Shown here in pieces: positions 1 through 13,062 of a DNA stretch of 64,000 bases. The DNA is from the human T2T-CHM13v2.0 reference genome, Homo sapiens. The notes beneath the pieces are model-generated. The model had not been told where the DNA came from and did not search any database. It worked only from the letters and a program-made list of their open reading frames with translations. Location: the NCBI RefSeq assembly GCF_009914755.1, contig NC_060927.1, one strand, 5' to 3'. The position numbers and the translations under genes are program-made. Within the stretch, counting starts at the first letter, position 1. The number at the start of each line of letters is the position of its first letter.

Positions 1-54
1 ATTGGAATTGATCCCCTGTTTACCCATTTATTCTCTTACCTGTTCTTTGTGTGG

Positions 55-1443
55 TCTTCTCCATCTCAGTCAATAACATCATAAACCATCCAGTTGCTCA
101 AGCTAAAAGTTTAGACATCATTTTTTATTTTTGTATCTATCCTCTTCCTACATCTAATCCATCAGGAAGCCCTATCCTCTGCAGGGTTTGTACCATTGTG
201 TAATGCATGAGAGTGAGCATTTCTCTACTGCTTTCTCAACAGAAATTGAAATTGAGTCTTTTTATTGGTTTATTTATTTATTTTTTTCCCTGTGGTCTAT
301 TCAGTTGTGCAAGATAATGAAGTTCTGGAGACCTAATACACAACAATGTGACAGTAGTTAACAATATTGTACTATATACTTGAAGTTTGCTAAGAAGGTA
401 GATCTTAAGTATTCTCAACACACATACACAAAAGGTAACTATGTGAAGTGGGAGATGTGTTAATTAGCTTGATTGTGGTGAAGATTTCACAACAGATACA
501 CATATCAATTCATCAGTTGTATAACTTAAATATGTACAATTTTTAACTGTCAACTATACCTCAATAACTTTGGGGAAAAAATGTGAAAAGCAACAGGTAT
601 TTGAATATTTGCTAAAGCCCTTTCCTCCTTAGAGAGCCCTGCCCATAGCAAACTGCTAAAAGGTGCCCCCTATACACCAACCTCTGCTTCTCTCTATCCC
701 CACTACCCTGCCCTTGTGCAACCTCTTCCTCACTCACCTGGACATTAAAGTGTCAGTGGCCTCCCTGTTCTCCTGCTTCCATTCTTGCCTTCCTTACACT
801 CTGTTCTTCATCAAATGATCTACTTCAAACATAAGTCCCCTCATGTCACTTTCCTGCTTACAACAGCTTCCCATTTCACTCAGGATAAGACCCTGAGTTT
901 TCTTCGCTTTGACCTACGAAGCCTGGGTGATTTTCCCCTTACTACCATTGTTATTTCATTCTGTAGCACTCTTCTTGCTCTCTGTGTTCCAGTCACACTG
1001 CCCCTCTTTCTTTCTTTTGAGTGTGCACGATGCTCACCCCTCTTCAGGGCCTTTGTGTTTGCTGGGCCTTCTGTGTGGAATGTTCTTTCTACTGAGCCTC
1101 CCTGTGCTTATTTCTTTGTGTCACTCAGGACTCAGCTGAAATCTCCTCTCTTCAGAGAGTCCTTCCCTGACCACACCAATCCATAGTGCCCCTCTACCAC
1201 TGCCCCACTCCTGGAGGTCACACTATCATTTTTCCCTGTTTTGTTTTCTTTATAGCCCTCGTCATTAATCTAATATTATTTTCTGTATTTGTTTACCTCT
1301 TCATTGCCTTAATCACTCTCCAGGAATGTCAGCTCCGTGAGATGGGACTCTGCCTACTTTTTTTACTGTCTTTTCTCCAGACCTGAAGCTGTGTGTGGCA
1401 CCTTAGCAAGTGCTCAATAAATATTTGCTAAGGAAATCAATGA
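55..1443 (+). mobile_element. L2 (LINE-2) 3' region, fragmented (~55-180 and ~690-1443)
   Basis: Matches recalled L2 3' motifs CCATCCAGTTGCTCAAGCTAAAA...CATCTAATCCATCAG, and the L2a terminus GTGCTCAATAAATATTTGC...AATGA at ~1410-1443. Confidence 0.75.
301..581 (+). mobile_element. Old L1 3' UTR fragment (L1MA9/L1MB-type)
   Basis: TTTGCTAAG..GTAGATCTTAAGT, GGTAACTATGTG, TTAATTAGCTTGATTGTGGT, TATACCTCAATAA, then an A tail. Confidence 0.85.
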
Positions 1444-1864
1444 CCTGCTTCTTATGACTCATGGCATTGCCTCCACTTCCTCTTCTTCAGACCAACTCAG
1501 ACGCATAGTCTTGGCTTCAGCTGCCATTGTTTATACCTGTTGCTTCACCACTTTTTTTCAACTTCACTGATGTATAACTGCCAGTTAAAAATTGTATATA
1601 TTTAAATTATACAACTGGATGAATTGGTATGTGTATACATTGTGAAATATTCACCACAATCAAGCTAATTAACATATCCATCACCTCACATAGTTATATT
1701 GGTGTGTGTGTGTGTTGAGACCACTTAATATCTACCTTCTTAGCAAATTTCAAATATACAGTACAATATTGTTAACTATAGTGTCACGTTGTTGTACATC
1801 ACATCTCCAGAATCTCCAGAGCTTTATTATCTTGCATAACTGAAACTTTGTACCTCTTGACCAC

Positions 1865-4427
1865 TGATAACGGTTTGGCTCTGTGTCCCCACCCAAATCT
1901 CATCTTGAATTATATTTCCATAATTCCCACATGTTGTGGGAGGGACCCGGTGGGAGATAATTTGAATCATGGGGGTGGTTTCCCCCTTTACTGTTCTCAT
2001 GGTAGTGAATAAGTCTCGAGATCTGATGGGTTTATCAGGGGTTTCCACTTTTGCATCTTTCTCATTTTCTCTTGCTGCTGCCATGTAAGAAGTGCCTTTC
2101 ACCTCCTGCCATGATTCTGAGGCCTCCCTAGCTATGTGGAACTGTAAGTCCAATTAAACCTCTTTTTCTTCCCAGTCTTGGGTATGTCTTTATCAGCACC
2201 ATGAAAACAGACTAATACAATAAATTGGTACCAGTAGAGTACTGAAAAGATAACCCAAAATGTGGAAGCAACTTTTGAACTGGGTAACAAACAGAGGTTG
2301 GAACAGTTTGGAAGGCTCAGAAGAAGCCAGGAAAATATGGGAAAGTTTGGAACTTTCTAGAGACTTATTGAATGGCTTTGCCCAAAATACTGATAGTGAT
2401 ATGGACAATAAGGTACAGGCTGAGGTGGTCTCAGATGGAGATGAGAAACTTGTTGGGGACTGGAGCAAAGATGACTCTTGTTATGTTTTACCAGAGTGAC
2501 TGGTGGCATTTTGCCCCTGCCCTAGAGATTTGTGGAACTTTGAACTTGAGAGAGATGATTTAGGGTATCTGGCAGAAAAAATTTCTAAACAGCAACACAT
2601 TCAAGAGGTGACTTGGATGCTGTTAAAGGCATTCAGTTTTATAAGGGAAGCAGAGCATAAAAGTTTAGAAAATTTGCAGCCTGACAATGTGATAAAAAAG
2701 AAAACCACATTTTCTGAGGAGAAATTCAAGACAGCTGCAGAAATTTACATAAGTAATGAGGAGCTGAATGTTAACCCCAAGACAATGGGGAAAGTGTATC
2801 CAGGGCATGTCAGAGGTCTTCATGGCACCCCTCCCATCAAAGGCCTGGAAGCCTAGGAGAAAATGGTTTTGTGGGCTGAGCCCAGGGTCCTCATGCTGTG
2901 TGCAGTCTAGGGACTTGATGCCCTGCATCCTAGCTGTGACTAAAAGGGGCCAAGGTACAGCTCAGGCTGTTGCTTCAAAGGGTGCTTCAAGCCCCAAGCC
3001 TTGGCAGCTTCCACGTAGTGTTGAGCCTGCAGGTGCACAGAAGTCAAGAATTGAGGTTTGAGAACCTCTGCCTAGATTTCTGAAAATGTATGGAAATGCC
3101 TGGATGTCCAGGCAAAAGTTTGCTGCAGGGGTGGGGCCCTCATGGAGAACCTCTGCTAGGGCAGTGCAGAAAGGAAACGTGGGGTTGAAGCCCCCACACA
3201 GTACTGCTACTGGGGCACTGCCTAATGGTACCGTGAAAAGAGAGTCACTGTCCTCCAGACCCCAGTATGATAGATCCACCAACAGCTTGCACCTTGAGCC
3301 TGGAAAAGCCAGAGACACTCAACACCAACCTGTGAAAGCAGCCAGGAGGGAGGCTATACTCGAAAAAGCCACAGAGGCAGAGCTGCCCAAGACCATGGAA
3401 ACCCACTTCTTGCATCGGCGTGACCCGGATGTGAGACCTGGAGTCAAAGGAGATCATTTTGGAGCTTTGTTTTTGAGACAGAGTCTCACCCTGTCACCCA
3501 GTCTGGAGTGCAATGATGCAATCTCAGCTCACTACAACCTCCACCTCAAGCAATTCTCCTGCCTCAGCATCCTGAGTAGCCAGGATTACAGAAGTACACC
3601 ACCATGCCCAGCTATTTTTTTGTATCTTTAGTAGAGATGGGGTTTCACCATGTTGGCCAGGCTGGTGTCGAACTCCTGACCTTGTGATCTGCCTGCCTCA
3701 GACTTCCAAAGTGCTGGGATTACAGGCATGAACCACCATGCCCAGCCTATTTTGGAGCTTTAAAATTTGACTGCCTCACTGGGTTTTGGACTTGCATGCA
3801 TCCTGTAGCCTCTTTGTTTTTGCCAATTTCTCCCCTTTGGAATGGCTGTATTTACCCAATACCTATACCCCCATTGTATCTAGGAAGTAACTAGCTTGCT
3901 TTTGATTTTTCAGGCTCATAGGTGGAAGGGACTTGCCTTATCTCAGATGAGACTTTGGATTGTGGACATTTGGGTTAATGCTGAAATGAGTTAAAACTTT
4001 GGGGGACTGTTGAAAAGGCATGATTGGCTTTGAAATATGAGGTCATGAGACTTGGAGGGGTTGGGGCAGAATAATGTGGTTCAGCTTTGTGTCCCCACCC
4101 AAATCTCATCTTGAATTTTACTTCCATAATTTTCATGTGTTGTGGGAGGGACCTGGTGGGAGATAATTTGAATCATGGAGGCGGTTTCCCCTATACTGTT
4201 CTTGTGGTAGTGAATAAGTCTCAAGAGATCTGATGGTTTTATCAAGGGTGTTCATTTTTGCATCCTTCGCATTTTTCTCTTGCCACTGCCATGTTAGAAG
4301 TGCCTTTCACCTCCTGCCTTGATTCAGAGGCCTCCTCAGCCACGTGGAACTGTAAGTCTAATTAAATCTGTTTTTCTTCCCAGTCTCGGGTATGTCTTTA
4401 TTAGCAGTGTGAAAATGGGCTAATACA
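1865..4427 (+). mobile_element. Complete THE1A MaLR provirus: 5' LTR 1865-2219, internal 2220-4071, 3' LTR 4072-4427
   Basis: Two homologous ~355 bp LTRs ending CTAATACA; polypurine tract before the 3' LTR; 5 bp TSD ACCAC (1860-1864) / ACCAT (4428-4432); ORF remnants 2260-2856 are the MaLR internal ORF. Confidence 0.93.
3469..3748 (-). mobile_element. Alu (AluS, Sg/Sc-like) inserted in the THE1A internal region
   Basis: Alu dimer in reverse; 13 bp TSD ATTTTGGAGCTTT at 3456-3468 and 3749-3761. Confidence 0.95.
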
Positions 4428-4626
4428 ACCATCATCTTCCCATGTCCCTTCCTCTCTGCCCCTGGTAAACACCACTGAGTTTGAGATTTTTAGATTATGT
4501 AAGTATGATCATGCAGTATTTGACTTTCTGTGACTGGTTTATTTCACTTAGCATACTGTTCTCCACATTCACCATGTTGTCCTAAATGGCAGGATTTCTT
4601 TTTTTTAAGGCTGGATAATATTCCAT

Positions 4627-4790
4627 TACACACACACATTCACACACACACACACATAGTCCATTATGTAAATATATATAGTCCATTATATATATATATA
4701 TGTTATATATGTATTTCTGTAAATATATGTGTGTATGCGTGTGTGTATATCTATCTATATATGAATATATATCTCTATATATATCTGTTA
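4627..4790. repeat. (CA)n/(TA)n degenerate microsatellite inside the L1
   Basis: Visible CA and TA runs. Confidence 0.85.
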
Positions 4791-6144
4791 TGAACACTTA
4801 GGTTGATTCCATAGCTTGTCTATTGTGAGTAATGCTGAAATGAACATGGGAATGCACATATTTCTTTGGAATATTGATTTGATTTCCTTTGCATATATAC
4901 CCACAAGTGGGATTGCTAGATTATAAGGCAGTTCTATTTTTTTTTTTTTTTTCTTTTTTGTGGAACTTATATACTGTTTTCCATAATGACTATAGTAATT
5001 TACATTCCCACCAATAGCATACTAGGGTTCTCTGTTCTTCACATCCTCCCCAAAACTTATTATCTTTCGTCCATCTGATAATGGCCATTCTAACAGGTGA
5101 AGTGATATCTCATTGTGTAGTTTGCATTTCTCTAATGATTATTGAAGTCTCTTTTTGTACATCTACTGACCAGTAGGTGTCTTCTTTTGAGAAATGTTTA
5201 TTCAGGTCCTTTACCCATTTTTAAATCGAGTTATTTGGGATTTTGGTTTTTGTTTGTTTTTCTATTGAGCTATTTCTACTGCTTTCTATTGAGCTACATT
5301 TCTTATATTTTGGATATTAATTTCTAATCAGATACATGGTTTGAAAAATATATTCTCCATTCTGTAGGTTGTCTTTTTACCCTGTTGATTGTTTCCTTTG
5401 CTGTTCAGAAACCTTTTAGTCAGATATAAGCCCTCTTGTCTTTTTTGCTTTTGTTGCCTGTGCTTTTGGTGTGATATCCAATGCCAAGAAGCTTTTCCCC
5501 TATTTTTCTAGAGTTTTACAGTTTCAGGTCTTACATTTAAGTCTTTAATCCATTTTGAGTTGATTTCTATATGTGGTGTGAGATAAGGGTCCATTTTCAT
5601 TTTTCTGTTGTGGACATTCAGTTTTCCCAATACCATTAATCAAAACTGCTACCCTTTCCTCATTTTGTGTTCTTGGCATGCTTGTTGAAGATCAGTTCAA
5701 CGTGGGGTATGTAGATTTATTTTGGGGCTCTCTATTCTGTCTTTATGTCTATACATCTACTACTTAAAAAGGAAGCCAGGAAAGCAATCCTATTTATAAT
5801 GGCTAAAAAAGGAACAAAATACTTTACCATTTATTATAAGTAAGTTCCTGAGGTATTTCTGATGAATCCGGCTCATCTTTTCTCTCCTGTCATAACTGCT
5901 GTCTTCATTCATGTTCCTGCACCTGATCCAATCATATGAGGTTTGTGTGTGTTTGAGTCAGGGTAGAAGAAGAGTCACGTGGTTTTCAAAAGTGCTGTGA
6001 ATGAGCTGCTTCACTTAAAATGATAAATCTATAACATTAGATATAGAAGGCCTAGAACAAGCATGGGAGGAGAGGACCAGCCCAAGATAGAAAAGGGGAC
6101 ACAAAAGTGAGATTGAAGACAAATTTTCCTACTGCACATTCTTT

Positions 6145-6529
<385 letters not shown>

Positions 6530-7565
6530 CTACTTCAAATTCTTTAATAGCTTTGTATTGGAACCTTATCTCCATTCTATCTTCCTGGGGCCCAACTTGC
6601 TTAATGGAAAACCAAATCAGGAACAAATAGGACTGGGAGGAGTGGAAGTCACATCTTTTGTGAGCAGGAACAGATTTGAATGTGTGCATCCTAGCAAACA
6701 TGGTGTCATTGTGATCTGTTGCTCTGTGCCATCCACATCTCTTCACTGTAATTAGCAGAAGAATCTAGAGTTTAACAGAAGCAGATCTCACTTTAGTGAG
6801 CCATGAAAACAATTTCAACTCTGCTTACCTTGGCTTCTTTGAATTTCAAGCAGAGGAGGTACCGCAGTCCATTTTAAGTGAGACCAGAATCTTCTTTCCT
6901 CTTGCTCATTCCTTTGTAAGCTCCTATAAAATAAAACCACCAGATTCCCAGAAGATAAAAATCCATTCTCTCCCTCCCCCTCACATAAGTGCATCCTCAC
7001 GTATTCACAGGCTTCTGCAGATTTTAATAAGGTCCCCTGTGTGGATCTCTTCAAATACGGGCAAAATACTCAGAGTGAGAAAATGTCACATCTAATCAAG
7101 GGTGCTATAAATGCAGCACCCGTGGCAGGCGGACAGCTCACAAGTGGCTTGAACCAAATCACAGTCTTTCTCTGTTGGAAACCAAAATTGAAGAAACTCA
7201 TTTTGGGTCTTCATTTTGGTTATTTCAATTAAATACTCAGGGTTTTTTTTAAAAGGAAAAGTATATTGGAATTGGGCAAACGGCATATCCTGCTAATGGT
7301 GACAGAACCTCAGAACTTTATTTCCTGGAGGAAAAAAAGTGTTTTAGAGACCAGTGAGTGCTCCCTTTAAACATAAACACCTAAACATAAAGGCACAACC
7401 ACCCCTAGCTCCCCAATTCTTTCTGACGCTACATTTCTGCTTATATTACTGTAACTCAGTTGTCTTCACCCTGGAGTTCTTCAGTCCTATGGCTTTAAGT
7501 CAACATTCCATGTTTTGCAGATGTCCAGAGCTTCTCCCAGTATCTCTGAAAGGACTGGTTCAGGA

Positions 7566-7772
7566 CAGTGGTTCTTAACCCAGGTGATTTTGCCCATAGA
7601 GGATATTTGTAAAAGTGTAAAACCTGTTTGATTGTTACAACTGGGGAGAAGAGTGGTGCTAGAGGTAGAGACCTGGGTTGCTGCTAAACATCCTATGATG
7701 TTCAGGATGGCACCTCACAACCAAGAATTATTGGGCCCCAGATGTTAATAGTGCCAAGGCTCAGAAACCTTG
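7566..7772 (+). mobile_element. MER20 hAT-Charlie MITE
   Basis: CAGTGGTTCTTAACC...GATTTTGCCC...GCTGCTAAACATCCTA...AATAGTGCCAAGGCTCAGAAACC. Confidence 0.85.
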
Positions 7773-8667
7773 TCCTAGGGATTTGTATTTCTGTTTAGGC
7801 AATCTCCATCACAGCCATTGCAGGCTGCTTCTCTCTTATCATGAGGTTCTGTCTGCAGGCCTTGGCTTGGACCTGAGCCTCTGCTAGTTTCACTGACTGC
7901 AGCTCTGAGATTTTGTCCTGTCTCTGTGAGATGCTGCTGCCACTATGTTGATATCAGTAGAGTGTTGAGTTAGGAAACATTACAGTCCTCTTTATTAGAC
8001 TTGCCCTTCATTCCCCTCTCACATAAAGGTCTCATAGCCTTTGACTGAAGTTTTGGGGTCAAAGAGGGAGAGAACTGCAGAGTTCAGTCAAGAGAACAAA
8101 TTAATATATATTCATTCAATTGTCCTTTAATTTAATTTTTCTCCAAAGACATTTCCCTGCTAGGACTTTCACATGGTCTGTCTTTTCTCCTGAGAACCTG
8201 CCATGTAACTTACCTCTCCTTGCCCTCAATCTGCAGCTGTCAGTCCTGATCTTCCCAACCCTTGCATTCCCACATCTTCCTCCTTTATTATGCTTTGATC
8301 TCTGTCTGCATAGTCCCCACCCAAACAGCTTTTGATCTATTTCTGCATTTGAAAAACCTCAGAATGGCGTTTGCTAAATCCAAAAGCCTCCAACTTCAGT
8401 ATTACACACACACACACAAAACTCACAGAAACTTATAAATTACAGTATTTTCTTAAACATACTGTGGATCAAAATTTCAGTCAGGGATCCCTCTGAAACA
8501 AGTCTTTGAAGTCTGAGAGGAGAATAAAATTTTATTTTCTCCCTAATGGAGCAAGGAGAGGATATGTGGATTTTCTTTTGTTTTATATTACTAGAAGAGG
8601 AAGAGTTAGCTCCAATGACTTGTTTCCATGGCTCTATGGTTGGCCCAGACAACCTGTTAATACCTAG

Positions 8668-9581
<914 letters not shown>

Positions 9582-9587
9582 ACCAGG

Positions 9588-9960
9588 TATTGTGGAATAA
9601 ATTATGCCCCAAATTCATATATGAAAGCTCTAAACCCTAATGTGATTGTAATTGGAGATAGGGCTTTTAAGGAGGAACTTAGGGTTAAATAAGATCATAA
9701 GGGCAGAGTCCAAATCCAATAGGATTGGTGTCCTTTTAAGAAGAGAGAGACACCAGGAGTGCAAACTCTCAGAGGAAAGGCCATGTGGAGAGAGCAAGAA
9801 GGCAGCCATTTGCAAGCCTCTCCAGAGGCCTCTGGAGAAACCAACCCTGTTGACACCTTGATCTTGGACTTCTAGCCTCCAGAACTGTCAGAAAATACAT
9901 TTCTGTTTAAGCCATCCATTCTGTGGTATTTTGTTATGGCAACCTTAGTAAATAAATTAA
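9588..9960 (+). mobile_element. MLT1A-type solo LTR
   Basis: CCCCAAATTCATAT, GGAGATAGGGC, GACACCTTGATCTTGGACTTCTAGCCTCCAGAACTGT, GGTATTTTGTTATGGCA. Confidence 0.85.
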
Positions 9961-10328
9961 CTGGACAATAATATCAATGAAAACCTAATTTTTAAAAATT
10001 TGGAATTGAGATGGTAGTATTCTTTGATGAAGTTTGAAATACACAAGCCAATGGAAACACACATGCACCAAATGGGGAACCAGGATGTGAGAGAAGACAA
10101 TGTGAAAATTGAGATATAATGGTATGTATCAGAAAATTATGTATAAATACAATCTAGTATAAATCAATGTTCTAAGATATGTACTAAGTGCTAGGGAACA
10201 CAGAGAAAGTAAAATTGCCATCAAATGGGACTTAGATACTTTCACAGTGTAGGGCACATCCCATCTGGCAGGGTAGGAAGATCTAATCATAGGTTTAGAA
10301 GGATGTGGTATGCTTCGTGTCTATATGG

Positions 10329-12786
10329 TGATATGGTTTGCATCTGTGTCCCCACCCAAATCTCATGTCAAATCATAATCTCCAATGTTGCAGGTAGGGC
10401 CTGGTGAGAGGTAATTGGATCACAGGGATGGATCCTTCATGAATGGTTTAGCACCATCCCTTTGGTGTGGTTCTCATGATAGAGTTCTCATGAGATCTGG
10501 TTGTTTAAAAGTGTGTGGCACCTCCCCACAACTTCCTCCTGCTTTGGCCATGGAAGACAAGCCTGTTTCCCCTTTGTCTTCTGTCATGATTGTAAGTTTC
10601 CTGAGGCCTCCCCAGAAGCTGAGTGGATGCCAGCATCATGCTTCTTATATAGCCTGTAGAACCGTGAGCCAATTAAACCTTTTTTCTTTATAAATTACCC
10701 AGTCTCAGGTATTTCTTTATAGCAATGTGAAAACTGAATAATACAAAAAATTGGTAAAAGGAGTGGGACATTGCCATAAAGATATCTGAAAATGTGGAAG
10801 GAATTTTGGAATTGAATAATGGGCAGAAGTTGGAAGAGTGTGGAGGACTCAGGAAAAGAAAGGAAGATGAGGGAATGCTTGGAATTTCCTAGAGACTTGT
10901 TAAATTGTTGTGGCCTAAATGCTGATAGTGATATGGACAGAGATGACGAGGCTGATGAGGTCTCAGACAGAGTTGAGGAATTTATTGGGAACTGGAGCAA
11001 AGGTTACTTTTGTTATGTGTTAGCAAAGAACAGGATGGCATTGTGCTCCTGCCCTAAGGATCTGTGGAACTTTGAAATTTAGAGTGATGATTTAGGGTAT
11101 CTGGGGGAAGAAATTTCTAAGCAGCAAAGTGTTCAAGATTTAACCTGGCTGCTTCTAAGAGCTCATATGCATGAGCAAAGAAATGAGGTAAAACTGGAAC
11201 TTATATTTAAAAGGGAAGGAGCATAAAAGTTTGAAAAAATTGCAGCCTGGCCATGTGGCAGCAAAGAAAAGTCCATTTTCAGGGGAGCAATTCAAGCCAC
11301 CTGCAGAAATTTGCATAACTGAAAGGAAGGCAAGAGCTGATAGCCAAGACAATGGGGAAAAGGCCTTGAAGGCATTTCAAAGAACTTTGTGGCAGCCCGG
11401 CCCATCACAGGCCCAAAGGCCTAGGAAGACAGAATGATTTCCTGGGTCATGGCCAAGGCCTCCCATCTCCTGCTGCCCTACGCAGTCTCAGGACACTGCT
11501 GCCTGCATCCCAGCTGCTTCAGCTCCAGCTGTGGCTCAGAGGGGCCCAAGTACAGCTCAAGTGTGCAAACTGTAAGCCTTGGTGGTTTCCATGTGGCATT
11601 AAGCCTGCAGGTGCACAGAATGCAAGTGTTGAGGTTTGGCAGCTTCTGCCTAGATTTCAGAGGATGTATAGAAAAGCCTAGATGTCCAAGCAGAGGCCTG
11701 TTGCAGGAGTAGGGCCCTCACAGAGAACATCTACTGGGACAGTGCAGAAGGGAAGTGTGGAGTTGGAGCCCCCACACAGAGTCCCCACTGAGGCACTGCC
11801 TAGTGGAGCTATGGAAGAGTGCCACCATCCTCCAGACCCCAGAATGGTAGATCCACTGACAGCTTGCATCCTGCACCTGAAAAGCCGCAGGCACTCAACA
11901 CTGAGAGCAGCACACAACTGTGAGAGCAGCTGTGAGGGCCGGGCCCTGGTAAGCCATAGGAGCAGAGCTAACCAAGGCTTTGGGAGCCCACTCCTTGGTT
12001 CAGTGTGGCCTGGATGTGAGACATGGAGTCAAAGGAGATTATTTTGGAGCTTTAAGATTTAACAACTGCCCTGCTATGTTTCAGACTTGCCTGGGGCCTT
12101 TAGTCCCTTTCTTCTGGCCAATTTCTCCCTTTTGGAATGGCAACGTTTACCCAACGCCTGCATCTGCATTGTATCTTGAGAGTAATGTTACTGTTGTTTT
12201 TGATTTTACAGGTCCATAGGAGGAAGATACTTGCCTTGTCTCAGATGAGTCTTTGGACTTTTGAGTTAATGCTGGAATGAGTTAAAACTTTGGAATACTA
12301 TTGAGAAGGGGTGATTGTATTTTGCAATGTGAGAAGGACATGAGATTTGAAGAGGCCAGAAACAGAATGATACGGCTTGTATCTTTGTCCCCTCCCAAAT
12401 CTCATGTCAAATTGTAATCTCCAGCGTTGGAGGTGGGGTTCGGTGGGAAGTGATTGGATAACGGGGGTAGATCCTTCATGAATGATTTAGCACCACCCCC
12501 TTGGTACCATTCTCATGACAAAGTTCTCACGAGATCTGATTGTATAAAAGTGTGTAGCACTTCCCCTGGCCCTTTATCCTGCTCTGGCCATGTGAGATGA
12601 GCCTGCTTCTCCTTTGCCTTCCGCCATGATTGTAAGTTTCCTGAGGCCTCCCTAGAAGCTAAGCAGATGGCCAGCATCATGCTTCCTATACAGCCTGCAC
12701 AACCATGAGCAAATTAAACCTCTTTTCTTTATAAATTACCTGGTCTCAGGTATTTCTTTACAGCAATGTTAGAGCTGATTAGTACA
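10329..12786 (+). mobile_element. Complete MSTA MaLR provirus: 5' LTR 10329-10745, internal 10746-12367, 3' LTR 12368-12786
   Basis: Two TG...CA LTRs of ~418 bp; perfect 5 bp TSD TATGG (10324-10328, 12787-12791); internal region homologous to the THE1A internal region. Confidence 0.93.
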
Positions 12787-12975
12787 TATGGTTTCTGGTG
12801 AACATTTATTATTCCTTGTTTGTTGACTAATTTAGAAAAACACCAGTCCAAATGGAGTTTTCTGTTTAAAAAGAGAAAAAGTACCCAAAGGGATACTAAG
12901 AAAGAAAGGGAAGATACTAAGAAGGTGAGAAACCTGCATTTTCTTCATTTTATATTTCTGGCCAATCTGAATTAC

Positions 12976-13062
12976 ATAGTGATTATAAATTGCTTCATAA
13001 TATAGTGTTATAAAATTATATAGTGATTATGAATAGCTTAATAATATAGTTTTATAAAAGAT
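12976..13062. repeat. Two-copy ~44 bp AT-rich tandem duplication
   Basis: ATAGTGATTATAAATTGCTTCATAATATAGTGTTATAAAA / ATAGTGATTATGAATAGCTTAATAATATAGTTTTATAAAA. Confidence 0.85.

Larger units (their letters stand above)
1552..5755 (-). mobile_element. 5'-truncated old L1 (L1MA9-type), interrupted by THE1A at 1865-4427
   Basis: Reverse-complement L1 3' UTR at 1552-1864 resumes at 4428 and continues into antisense ORF2 sequence (TTACATTCCCACCAA, CCATTCTGTAGGTTGTC, GAGATAAGGGTCC). Confidence 0.85.

Noticed and set aside
785-1386. Hydrophobic ORFs of 133 and 66 aa
   Set aside because: Lie within a pyrimidine-rich L2 fossil; non-ATG starts; no recognisable family.
1958-1969. DUX4 site in the THE1A LTRs (also 4164-4175)
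   Set aside because: TAATTTGAATCA has one base too many for TAAYBBAATCA in both LTRs, so binding cannot be claimed.
2260-3631. ORF cluster of 79-181 aa (also 10819-12219)
   Set aside because: Frameshifted remnants of the MaLR internal ORF; the 181 aa ORF runs into an Alu.
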